From a virus, in the IMG/VR virus record IMGVR_UViG_3300020810_001160, positions 1 through 64,000 of that record: a stretch of DNA of 64,000 nucleotides. One strand, written 5' to 3'. Each line of letters opens with the position of its first letter. The stretch's first letter is position 1. The notes below the pieces were generated by a model. That model searched no databases. It was not told the DNA's origin and worked only from the letters and a program-made list of their open reading frames with translations. Positions 1 to 9,216 of the stretch are shown piece by piece. A program made the translations under genes and the position numbers.

Positions 1-1196
1 CCTCTTACAATATCACCTTTGTCATAATAAGTTGCGTTTGCCCAAGTGCCTTTCCAGTATAAACCTTCGTTTAGTTTATCCCAGTAAAGAACATTTGGTG
101 GTCTGTTACCTGTTGTGTCAGCAATAGCAATGTAAGTTATACCTCCAACTCTGACAACATCACCTGTTTTATAGGCAGTTACGTTGCTGTAATCACCTTT
201 TAAACTGAAACCTGTTACGAATAAATCCCAATCAGAAGTTGCTGTTGATGGTACAGCATTTAAATTATTTGTAAGTGCAACGTATTGGTAACCTCCGTAA
301 GTAACAATGTCACCTGGTTGATATTGTGTTACTGCACTCCATGAATCTTCAAATTCTAAACCTGGAATAAAAATATTCCAATCTGCTTCATCAGCCGCAA
401 GCGAACCTGTTGCTGTGTGTTGATTTATACAAATCCATAAGTTAGCACCGTACTTAACAACATCATTCACTTTGTATCTTGTTGCTGTTACCCATGCACC
501 TAAATATTCAATACCTTTGTGTAGGTATTGCCATTTTGCTTGATCTAATTCTAAACCATCTGCCGCATCTGCCGCCGATGTGTGACCAGTGACACAAACA
601 TAAAGTTGTCCACCATATCTTACTGTGTCATTTGGTTTGTATCTTGTTGCTGTTGCCCAAGTGTTTAACCAATTAAATCCTTTTGAAAAAACTTCCCATT
701 TTGCTAAATCTAATTCTAAACCGTCAGCAAGAGTTGCCGCTGATGTGTGTTCTGTTACACAAAGATAAACAGTTGCACCATATCTTACTAAATCATTAAT
801 TTTGTATCTTGTGCTGATTGCCCAGTCTGATTTGTAATCAAAACCTTCGATGAATAAATCCCATTTTGCTAGATCGCCTTCTAGTCCAATGTTTACATCA
901 GCGTTAGAAGTGTGTCCAGTGTTACAGATATAAATGTAACCACCATATTTTACAACGTCATTAGGTTTATAAGTTGTGTTTACTCCCCAAGAACCTTTCC
1001 ATTCTTGACCATCTGACATCAACGCCCAGTTAGCCGCTGTCAAGTCATCTTGGAATTCTGCCGCCGCAGTATGGTTTACCACACAAATGTATGTTCTACC
1101 ACCGTATCTTACGACATCATCTACTGAATAAACGGCACCTGTGTACCAAGCACCTTTCCAAACAAAACGTATTCTACCTAATTTAAACTCAGCCAT
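1..1196 (-). CDS. Virion fibre/appendage protein with tandem CBM5/12-like repeats (runs off the window start)
   Basis: Not in the ORF track because it is truncated. ATG at 1196 follows GAGGA and translates MAEFKLGRIRFVWKGAWYTGAVYSVDDVVRYGGRTYICVVNHT..., with repeated W-x5-Y-x3-D-x-V-x-Y-G-x3-Y-x-C-x3-H-T units. N-terminus parallels 1232..6385 (MADFRIDRIRFRWRGDW). Confidence 0.8.
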   Translation of the reverse strand, partial: MAEFKLGRIRFVWKGAWYTGAVYSVDDVVRYGGRTYICVVNHTAAAEFQDDLTAANWALMSDGQEWKGSWGVNTTYKPNDVVKYGGYIYICNTGHTSNADVNIGLEGDLAKWDLFIEGFDYKSDWAISTRYKINDLVRYGATVYLCVTEHTSAATLADGLELDLAKWEVFSKGFNWLNTWATATRYKPNDTVRYGGQLYVCVTGHTSAADAADGLELDQAKWQYLHKGIEYLGAWVTATRYKVNDVVKYGANLWICINQHTATGSLAADEADWNIFIPGLEFEDSWSAVTQYQPGDIVTYGGYQYVALTNNLNAVPSTATSDWDLFVTGFSLKGDYSNVTAYKTGDVVRVGGITYIAIADTTGNRPPNVLYWDKLNEGLYWKGTWANATYYDKGDIVR

Positions 1197-1222
1197 GGGT
1201 TAATATATCCTCTTATTGTAGT

Positions 1223-1230
1223 TATTTATC
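1223..1230 (-). promoter_or_regulatory. Putative late promoter (GATAAATA)
   Basis: TAAATA core in the short gap upstream of the ATG at 1196; the same motif recurs upstream of many structural genes. Confidence 0.6.
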
Positions 1231-1231
1231 A

Positions 1232-4200
1232 TTATTCACCATATCCGTTAGAACTATCAATAGCACTTACCGGATCTCCCTCATTCAATTCTGTACTTGC
1301 TGTACCACCAGTGAAAAAGTTCAATGCTAACAATGAGCCTGAAATTCCACCATTTAAATTAGCAATTCTATCTATAACAATTTGTCCTGTTTCTGGAAAT
1401 GCTTCATTGAATATTTCTCTATTTCTTACTTTAATTTGTCCTGCTCTAAATCCAGAAACGTTCAAATTAGCACCACCGCCTGAAACTCTTGAACCTATGT
1501 ATGTTACAATCGCTTTCTGTGTTGGTACAATGTTATCGGAGTTAGCCGCCATTGTAGGATCTGTTGAAAATTCTCTAATTACAACTTCTGTTCCACCCAG
1601 TACAACTCCACCTAATGCTAATTCTGATAATCCTTGTAGATTGAATAAATCTGCGTTAAGTGTTACAATACCAGTTGCCTGTTCAACTTCAAATAATTCT
1701 CCAACACGGAAGTTACCATCTTGGTCAGTTGATGTATAGAAAACTCTACCACCGCCATTGTTTGCTGTTTCTCTAAATGGTTGTGCTTCAAAGCCTGGTG
1801 TAAATCCTGCATTAGTGTAAAGTTCTGGATAATTTGTTGTGCCTAATCCACCAGTACCGATATCTAAGAAATCATGTCCAGTCAATCTAACTTGAGAATA
1901 TTGCTGTCTGATAGTGATTACTGTTTCGTGATCTGGTGATTCGTTTGCTTTTAAACTTGGCGAAATTCTAAATTGTGCTGTGAGATTCGGAGCCACACCA
2001 GATACATTAGTGATCTGTGTTACTCTATAAATTTGATCGTCAATACCAGTGATGTACAACAAGTCACCTGGTCCAGGTTCTCTTGTTAATTCTTTAATTT
2101 GTACAACTTTACCTATTTGATATTCATCAGCAAGTCCATCACCTACAATAGTAGCACTAACATTTATAAATCCTGTTCCTCTGTTTGAGAATGTAGGTTG
2201 TGATAATACACCGTTTGCTATTCTGGCTTGTACTGCCACATCAAGTGTGTTAACATTATCTGTGATTGTTACTGTTGGTGCAGTTGCGTAACCTGATCCT
2301 GTATCAATCAATTGAATTTTTGAAACTTTTCCTGCGTTAGTGATAACTCTTCCTAAAGGTGGTGCACCTTTTTTAATCACAGTTGCGTTTGTCATTAAGC
2401 CTTGTGGCAGTGGAATAAAGTAACCACCGTTGCTTCTTCCACCAACGATTGTTGTGTATGATCCAGACAAAGTTGTTAATTCTTTCCAAGACACAGCATC
2501 ATATGAATAAGCAACTTCACCATTTGTTGTGATTGCTAGATATGTACCTTGTGAGTAAGTTACTGAATAAGGTCCTGTGTGTGGAGGTGTGTCTGATTCT
2601 GTCCATACTGTGATAGCACTTGTTGAACTTTGTGCCGCATTAGCATTTGAAACAAAAAATTTGTTAACTGAAGTTGAATCATCAAATGGTGAATCTTGAA
2701 CTGAAGCAATAAATTTACCACCAGCGAAAGTTAATTCTTGTAATAGATATTTGTTTCCACCAATGTCTGCCGCTAATTCCCAAGTTGTTCCACCATCAAC
2801 AGATTCCCAAGTTTGTCCAAAATTATTTCCTATAATCACTAAACCATTGCCAGCCGCAATTTTAGTAAACACTGGAGTTGATCCATCGTATGGTTCAACT
2901 TGTACTGATTGCCAACTGTTGCCTTCGTCTCCAGAAGTATAAACAACTCCTGTTTCAGCCACAACAACCCATTGTGCAGAAACATTTTCCCAAGCAACGC
3001 CTCGGAATATGTCTGCTCCTATGTTGCTAGATATATCTGACCAGTTTGCTCCATCTTGAGATCTTGCTAAAGTTCCTGTTGAACTAACAGCCATAAAATT
3101 GTTTGCACCACCAACGATGCCGTTCCAGTTTGCTGTTGGTACAGCATTGGCTACTGTCCAGTTTGTTGAATCCACTGTTCTTAAACCTCTACCGTTTCCT
3201 AATAACACAGTAACGTTTGTAGAAGAAACTCTTCTTGAAGCACCTAGTAAGTATTCTCCACTTAATGGTATTGAAGCAGTTGAATTAGCATACGGTGGTT
3301 CACTGAATTGAATTCTTGGTTCGATAAAATATTTTGTTGAAGGATCCAGTTCAGTTGCAATTTTAAATCCACCTAAGAAATGTTGCCATCCAGGTGTATT
3401 ATCAAATTCTTTTTTAACTGTACAAGTTTTTGTTACTTCGTCAAAAGAATCAATTATAGCATATTGTCCTCTACCAGTACCTTCCCAAATATAAATTCGT
3501 TGTCCCACAGTTTGTGCTGATGTGCCTTGGAACTGTTGATTTAATTGAATTGAAGTTGCTGTACCTGTTATTGCAGGTCCTGATTTACTGGTGTAACCAG
3601 CACCACCTGCCGGAGTTGAATCTCCAGGGCCTAATATTCTTACTTTGTTTACAGCACCATCTCTTGTGTTATCGTATGTGATTGATGCCGCCGCACCTTC
3701 TCCTGATCCTGTAATTGTTATATCTGCTTGAGTGTAATCTTGTCCTGCGTGGTCATAAGCAAACGCAAATATTTCATTTTCATCGTTGTATACAGCATCT
3801 ACCTGTGCTTCTTGTGTTTGGTTATTGAATTTTGCTGTGATAGGTGTTTCTGTTGGAGTTACTCCTTCAGCAACTGATCCCCAATCTCCATAAGAGTTAT
3901 TACCGTTGGTTGCTCTAACTTTTCCACCAGCAGTTGCTAGATAACCTATGTGACAGTAGTATGTAAACACAGAAACAAGTTCTGATCTACCTTCTCCGTT
4001 AACCCAGAAACCAATACCTTGATCAATTACCTGTGTAAAGTCGTTGGCAACAATTGATTTGTATCCACCATTGTGTAAATCTCCATCCACTTTTAATCCA
4101 ATACAACCTCTACCAAATGTTGATACGTTTTGTACATAACAAGAACGTGTTGTGATCCAAGCCGAGGCATCTGAAGCACCTGTACCCGGATTTAATGAAA

Positions 4201-6385
4201 CAAAAGAACCACCTGTTGGTCTTCTTGTGCCATACTCGTTGACTGGACCCAATGTGCCAGACAAACCACTTAAAGTCATATTTCTAATACCTGAACCATT
4301 GTTTACATGGAACATATCTTGACCTTCGTAACCTGTTGCTGGTCTGATTTCAGTACTTCTTAATTCATCTCCAACCAATGCTGTGTCTCTTGGTACTTTG
4401 ATCGGAAGTATTTCGTTGTACATTCCTGTTTTAATGAATATTGTTGCTGGTGATCTTTGTCCCAAGTCAGCATTAATAAAATCACAAGCAAATTTAACTG
4501 TTTTAAAAGGAGATGCTAATTGTGTACCTCTATCATCTGCATCAACACCTGCTGGTGAAACATAATAAACTTTTGGAGTTACATCAAAGTCTTCCCAGAA
4601 AGGAATACTGTTTGAACCTACTTTTAATAATTGACCCGATGTTCCAAGACCAATTCTTAATCTTGTAGAATCATCATTTTGTGTTTTGATATCACCAGGA
4701 TATTCCAATACGTTTGGTGTGTGACCTTGTGCTAATAATACCCAATAAGGACCAACATTGTCTGATGCAAAGTCTAACGGTGGTTTAGCATCTGATGAAT
4801 TTGCTTCGTGTTTAAGAATACATTTGTATAAAGTACCTGCTACGGTTACAACATCTCCAGGGAAATAAGTATTTTCTCCTGTAACACCACCAATGCCTAC
4901 TTCAACCCACGGACCTTTGAAAGCATAACCTTCTACAAGTAATTGCCAAGGAAAAGGTGTATCGGTTCCTTCATCATACACACTTCTTGTTGATGGATCA
5001 ACCTGTTGATTGTCTTTTACAGCGATGTAAAGATCACCACCTGCTCTAACAACGTCACCTGTTTTGTACGCTAATGGTAATTCGCCTAGATTAGGATCAA
5101 TATAAGTTGATGACCATTCTCCTTTGAATGTGTAACCTACAATTTGTAATTCCCAAGTGCTTGTGGCATCTGTTACTGCTGGAGTAACACCTATGTTACT
5201 TTGTAAAGCAACGTATGTGTAACCTCCGTAAAGTACCACATCTCCTTGTTGATAATATTTTGATTGGTTCCATAAATCTTCATATTCCAATCCTGGCATC
5301 CACAGATTATAATTAGTTTCATCCATGATTGTGTCAATAGCCCAATGTCCTGTTGCTACTTGCCACATACCCGGTGACCATCTTACTAATTCACCTGGAG
5401 CATATCTTTCACCGAAAGCATAATCGCCTCTGTATCTAATTCCTGTTAATACTGTTTCCCATTGTTGGCTGTTCGCTTCTAGTCCGTCAGTGGAAACGTT
5501 TGCTAAACCATTTACAGAAACTGTTGTTATTGCACCATCAGTAACTGTGTTAATTGTGATCACAGCATCATTGTCAGGAGTTGCTCCTCCAATGCTTGTG
5601 CCTAAAATTGTGAATGTTTCTAGTGCCACATAGTTAGAACCACCGTTTGTGATCTTAACATAATAAGTTGCTCCAACTTTGAAAACAAAGAATTGAAATC
5701 CTGCACCAGCAACTGTTGTAGTAGATGCTACTGTTGGATTAACAAATTTATTTGAAAGTGCTGATCTGTGTCCTGTTTTACATCTATAAACTGTACCACC
5801 ATAGTACACAATATCATCTGGATAATATAAAGTGTTGTTGATCCAATCTCCTCTGAAATTGTCTGATCTTGAATATTGATCCCAATATGCCGCATTGTAT
5901 TGTAAACCATCGTCAGCAGAACCAGAAGTGTGTGCTGTGTTACACTTCCAAATTGATCCACCGTAGATTACTGTTTGGTCAACGTTATAAAGAGTATTTG
6001 GAGTCCATACACTTGCCCAATCTTCTCCACGAGCAAAGTATACCCATTTCAATTCGTCACCTAATACACCATTGCTGGCAGATGCATTTGAAATATGTCC
6101 TTCAATACATTTGTAAATTAAACCACCAACTTTAACTAGTTCACCTACTTTGTAAAAAGTAGAAGGTTGCCAAGCACCTGTCCAACTTTGCCCGTCCATC
6201 ATTTGTGACCAACGAGGAGTTGAGTTGTTTAAATCATTATAAAAATTTGAATCTGATGTGTGTACTTCGATACAAACAAAAACTTTTGCACCATATCTTA
6301 ATACATCATCTTTAACATAAAGAGTGTTGGCTGTCCAATCACCTCTCCATCTAAATCTTATCCTATCTATACGAAAATCTGCCAT
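1232..6385 (-). CDS. Large multidomain virion fibre/receptor-binding protein (CBM5/12-like repeats, beta-helix-like domain, Asp-box repeats)
   Basis: 1717 aa. N-terminal W..Y..GD.V.YGG..Y.C...HTS repeats; central YYVSPAGVD...PFKTVKFA...GDELRST segment typical of pectin-lyase-like folds; Asp-boxes SQDGANW, SGDEGNSW, SVDGGTTW. Confidence 0.7.
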   Translation of the reverse strand: MADFRIDRIRFRWRGDWTANTLYVKDDVLRYGAKVFVCIEVHTSDSNFYNDLNNSTPRWSQMMDGQSWTGAWQPSTFYKVGELVKVGGLIYKCIEGHISNASASNGVLGDELKWVYFARGEDWASVWTPNTLYNVDQTVIYGGSIWKCNTAHTSGSADDGLQYNAAYWDQYSRSDNFRGDWINNTLYYPDDIVYYGGTVYRCKTGHRSALSNKFVNPTVASTTTVAGAGFQFFVFKVGATYYVKITNGGSNYVALETFTILGTSIGGATPDNDAVITINTVTDGAITTVSVNGLANVSTDGLEANSQQWETVLTGIRYRGDYAFGERYAPGELVRWSPGMWQVATGHWAIDTIMDETNYNLWMPGLEYEDLWNQSKYYQQGDVVLYGGYTYVALQSNIGVTPAVTDATSTWELQIVGYTFKGEWSSTYIDPNLGELPLAYKTGDVVRAGGDLYIAVKDNQQVDPSTRSVYDEGTDTPFPWQLLVEGYAFKGPWVEVGIGGVTGENTYFPGDVVTVAGTLYKCILKHEANSSDAKPPLDFASDNVGPYWVLLAQGHTPNVLEYPGDIKTQNDDSTRLRIGLGTSGQLLKVGSNSIPFWEDFDVTPKVYYVSPAGVDADDRGTQLASPFKTVKFACDFINADLGQRSPATIFIKTGMYNEILPIKVPRDTALVGDELRSTEIRPATGYEGQDMFHVNNGSGIRNMTLSGLSGTLGPVNEYGTRRPTGGSFVSLNPGTGASDASAWITTRSCYVQNVSTFGRGCIGLKVDGDLHNGGYKSIVANDFTQVIDQGIGFWVNGEGRSELVSVFTYYCHIGYLATAGGKVRATNGNNSYGDWGSVAEGVTPTETPITAKFNNQTQEAQVDAVYNDENEIFAFAYDHAGQDYTQADITITGSGEGAAASITYDNTRDGAVNKVRILGPGDSTPAGGAGYTSKSGPAITGTATSIQLNQQFQGTSAQTVGQRIYIWEGTGRGQYAIIDSFDEVTKTCTVKKEFDNTPGWQHFLGGFKIATELDPSTKYFIEPRIQFSEPPYANSTASIPLSGEYLLGASRRVSSTNVTVLLGNGRGLRTVDSTNWTVANAVPTANWNGIVGGANNFMAVSSTGTLARSQDGANWSDISSNIGADIFRGVAWENVSAQWVVVAETGVVYTSGDEGNSWQSVQVEPYDGSTPVFTKIAAGNGLVIIGNNFGQTWESVDGGTTWELAADIGGNKYLLQELTFAGGKFIASVQDSPFDDSTSVNKFFVSNANAAQSSTSAITVWTESDTPPHTGPYSVTYSQGTYLAITTNGEVAYSYDAVSWKELTTLSGSYTTIVGGRSNGGYFIPLPQGLMTNATVIKKGAPPLGRVITNAGKVSKIQLIDTGSGYATAPTVTITDNVNTLDVAVQARIANGVLSQPTFSNRGTGFINVSATIVGDGLADEYQIGKVVQIKELTREPGPGDLLYITGIDDQIYRVTQITNVSGVAPNLTAQFRISPSLKANESPDHETVITIRQQYSQVRLTGHDFLDIGTGGLGTTNYPELYTNAGFTPGFEAQPFRETANNGGGRVFYTSTDQDGNFRVGELFEVEQATGIVTLNADLFNLQGLSELALGGVVLGGTEVVIREFSTDPTMAANSDNIVPTQKAIVTYIGSRVSGGGANLNVSGFRAGQIKVRNREIFNEAFPETGQIVIDRIANLNGGISGSLLALNFFTGGTASTELNEGDPVSAIDSSNGYGE

Positions 6386-6402
6386 TGATTAATTCCTAAC
6401 TG

Positions 6403-6410
6403 TATTTATC
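6403..6410 (-). promoter_or_regulatory. Putative late promoter (GATAAATA)
   Basis: TAAATA core upstream of the AGGA RBS and the ATG at 6385. Confidence 0.6.
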
Positions 6411-6414
6411 GCTC

Positions 6415-6789
6415 CTAACTTTCATAAGGTTCTACATATCCTGGATATGTATGAGCCTCGTTCACTTTTAATACTAATTCTCCCTCGTTGTTTACATAAT
6501 AAAATAGGTTTCTACCGTCCCATTTGTACTGTTCGTACACAAGATTTGGATAAACTTTTCTATGTTGTTGATCTCTGCCTTCAAAAAAGTCTTCACCTCT
6601 GCTCCAGTTGTTGTAATTTTCGTCAACATTTCCTGGTCTATTCAATTGAACACCATCTTCAAGTTTTAGTAAGTCTGCTTTCACCATGTATAATTCGCCG
6701 GCATCAGTTCTACGCAAACCGTAGAAATATCTATTGTTTGCTAGTGTTTTTTGTAACTCGTCTATGCCTACGCCAAATACTTGTGCCAT
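6415..6789 (-). CDS. Hypothetical virion protein, paralog of 8414..8875
   Basis: 124 aa; shares RYFYGLRRTD.G.LY, DFFEGRD and YEQ..WD..NL.YY.N..GELV with 8414..8875. Confidence 0.7.
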   Translation of the reverse strand: MAQVFGVGIDELQKTLANNRYFYGLRRTDAGELYMVKADLLKLEDGVQLNRPGNVDENYNNWSRGEDFFEGRDQQHRKVYPNLVYEQYKWDGRNLFYYVNNEGELVLKVNEAHTYPGYVEPYES

Positions 6790-6800
6790 TTAATAACTCA

Positions 6801-8396
6801 CTATGTTATATTAATTGTATTACCCATTAATGCGTGTGCTGTACATTGGTAATATAAAGTGTTTGGAGCATCCATTGGAACTTCAAACACAATATTACCT
6901 GATGCCGCACCATTGTTTGTTACACCTGATGTGTACGCCGCTCCACCATTAGAAACTCTAATTTGGAATGGGTGACTACCACCAGATAAATTTTCAAATA
7001 TGTATGTGTGTCCTCTTGACAAATACAGTACTGGATCGTTAGTAGTTACAGGAAATCCTGGTCCTGAGAAAGTGTAATCACTTGAACCATTAGCACCTAA
7101 TCTCCAAGTTAATACTGGACCATTCTTCTGTTCCCAACGTGTTCCATTGAAATATAAAACATTTCCTTGTGAAGGTGCTACAGAAACACCGTTGCTTGCC
7201 GCACTTGAGAAAAGGTGAGCAGATGTGTCTGGAGATATACCAACATTCACTGTGATCGAATTTGATGTTGTTGATGTAATCGCTATCGGCGTGTTGTACG
7301 CTGGATCAGTTACTCTTGGATACGAGTGAACCGTAGCATGATTATCTGTTGCACAGGTAAACACTATACTTCCGCCTTTGATGATTACTTTTTGTCCAAC
7401 TATTAATGAGTGCGTACCAATTGTCATTGTTAACACACCTGTTGCACCTGAATAAGTTGCACCAGTAACAGTGAATTTTTGTAATGCTAAATCAACGTCA
7501 GACAGTTCATTTAGAATTGTTGCACCTGTTGTGGCAGTTGAAAATTCTAATCCTGTTCCTGCTGAATTAACTTTTACAAATCTATTTGCCGCACCTGTGT
7601 AACTTGAAGGTGTGTCAGTTAGTGCTGTTAATGTTGTTGCGATAGTTGGTTTATTGTTTAAGTTGTTGTAGTTCAAATAGTATGTGCTGTCTAAACCATC
7701 TAATGTGTCTGCGTCTGATCCACCAGCACCTGAAGTTGCATCAGTGCCTGGTACCCAGTTTGTACCGTTCCATTTTAAAACGTTACCTGCTACCGGCGCC
7801 GAAGTTGTTGTGTCAACATCTGATAGTGCGTCTATTGAAAATGCTGAAACAATTGTTAAACCGTCTGATGTACCATTTACTCTTAAAAAACCGCCTGCTA
7901 ATCCACCGTAATCTGATGGAGTATCTGTAAGATCAGTAAATGTTGAGGCTCCATCGCCGCCGCCACCTTGAGCGGCAACGTTTCCTGGTTTCCATTTTTG
8001 AGCGCCAGCATCATAAATTAATGCTTGACCGTTTGTAGGAGTTGCTGAAGATGTATCAACGTCAGCAAATATATCGATAGATTTATTCTCATCTGCAAGT
8101 TTTACCCAAGCACCTGAGTGAGCGTAGTAGGAGGCATTCTCACCATGTACATGAGCAAACATTCCATGATACGTTGCCGCATCTGGTAATTCTGCTAGAG
8201 TGTTGTATAAAAATGTAATTTTGTTTGCACCTGTGGCTGTGATCAAATTGTTATTAACAATGGTCAGTGCTGTGCCGTTACCAAGTGCAGTGTATAATTC
8301 ACCGAAGTTGGCATTTATTTTTCCACCGGCGTCCCTTAACGAGTCACCTTGACCGTCATTCGGGATAATACCAGTGTTTATCAGTTGTCGTGTCAT
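6801..8396 (-). CDS. gp9/gp10-like fibre-connector protein with a C-terminal cupredoxin-like domain
   Basis: N-terminus RQLINTGIIPNDGQGDSLRDAGGKINANFGELY matches the T4 gp9/gp10 N-terminal motif; L.DLTDTPS and LSDVD repeats; C-terminal HPF...YYQCTAHALMG. Confidence 0.7.
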   Translation of the reverse strand: MTRQLINTGIIPNDGQGDSLRDAGGKINANFGELYTALGNGTALTIVNNNLITATGANKITFLYNTLAELPDAATYHGMFAHVHGENASYYAHSGAWVKLADENKSIDIFADVDTSSATPTNGQALIYDAGAQKWKPGNVAAQGGGGDGASTFTDLTDTPSDYGGLAGGFLRVNGTSDGLTIVSAFSIDALSDVDTTTSAPVAGNVLKWNGTNWVPGTDATSGAGGSDADTLDGLDSTYYLNYNNLNNKPTIATTLTALTDTPSSYTGAANRFVKVNSAGTGLEFSTATTGATILNELSDVDLALQKFTVTGATYSGATGVLTMTIGTHSLIVGQKVIIKGGSIVFTCATDNHATVHSYPRVTDPAYNTPIAITSTTSNSITVNVGISPDTSAHLFSSAASNGVSVAPSQGNVLYFNGTRWEQKNGPVLTWRLGANGSSDYTFSGPGFPVTTNDPVLYLSRGHTYIFENLSGGSHPFQIRVSNGGAAYTSGVTNNGAASGNIVFEVPMDAPNTLYYQCTAHALMGNTINIT

Positions 8397-8413
8397 TCGT
8401 TTTTCCTCCTACT

Positions 8414-8875
8414 TTATCCTCTATCGAATGTTATTTCATTACTATCCATTAAGTAATTTGTTTTATCTAATGTGAATATTGTTGCTTCTCTAATTAAGTT
8501 TTCATCAGTTTGTGGATAAGTTATTACACCATCACCCACGTTACTGTTAATTCTTACAACTAATTCACCGTCGCTGTTTATGTAATAATTTAAATTTACA
8601 TCGTCCCATCTAAATTGTTCGTACCTTAAATTTTTAAAAGGTTTAGCATGATTTAAATCTCTACCTTCAAAAAAATCGTAGCCTTGATCAAAATCTTTAA
8701 AGTTATCATCAATGTTTCCTGGATTGTTTATTGATACAGGATCGTTTGCTGATAGTTGGTCCACTTTACCAATGTATAAATCTCCTTCGTCGGTTCTTCT
8801 CAAACCGTAAAAGTATCTATCTTTGATACCATTTTGAAGATATACTGATGTATCCTGACCAACGGTGTTTGACAT
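8414..8875 (-). CDS. Hypothetical virion protein, paralog of 6415..6789
   Basis: 153 aa with the shared motifs listed for 6415..6789. Confidence 0.7.
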   Translation of the reverse strand: MSNTVGQDTSVYLQNGIKDRYFYGLRRTDEGDLYIGKVDQLSANDPVSINNPGNIDDNFKDFDQGYDFFEGRDLNHAKPFKNLRYEQFRWDDVNLNYYINSDGELVVRINSNVGDGVITYPQTDENLIREATIFTLDKTNYLMDSNEITFDRG

Positions 8876-8876
8876 C

Positions 8877-9209
8877 TTATGTTATCTCCACGTAACTCAA
8901 CACACAATCTAATGAGTCGTTGATGTTTGCTTGAACGTTTAATGAGTTTTGACTTGCCACAATTAATTTTTCTCCAGAGTTTAAAACCCTTAAAGAAGAA
9001 TTAGGAGCAATCAAAACATCTTTCACAATAAAACCTGTAACCGAATCTGGAGTTGCTGTCAATGTAACACTGGCTTGTACAACTGATTCTGTCAAGTTTG
9101 CTAAAACCATTCCGATGATAGTTGTGTAAGATCCTACCTCTGCTTCATAAACAGGAGTGGTTATAGTTCCTATATTTTTTGTTACAGAGTTTCTAAAATT
9201 CGTTGCCAT
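8877..9209 (-). CDS. Small beta-rich virion protein, probable paralog of 16806..17132
   Basis: 110 aa; C-terminal EKLIV...LDCVLSYVEI parallels EKIVL...LSVVVSYLEV. Confidence 0.65.
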   Translation of the reverse strand: MATNFRNSVTKNIGTITTPVYEAEVGSYTTIIGMVLANLTESVVQASVTLTATPDSVTGFIVKDVLIAPNSSLRVLNSGEKLIVASQNSLNVQANINDSLDCVLSYVEIT

Positions 9210-9216
9210 ATTTTTC

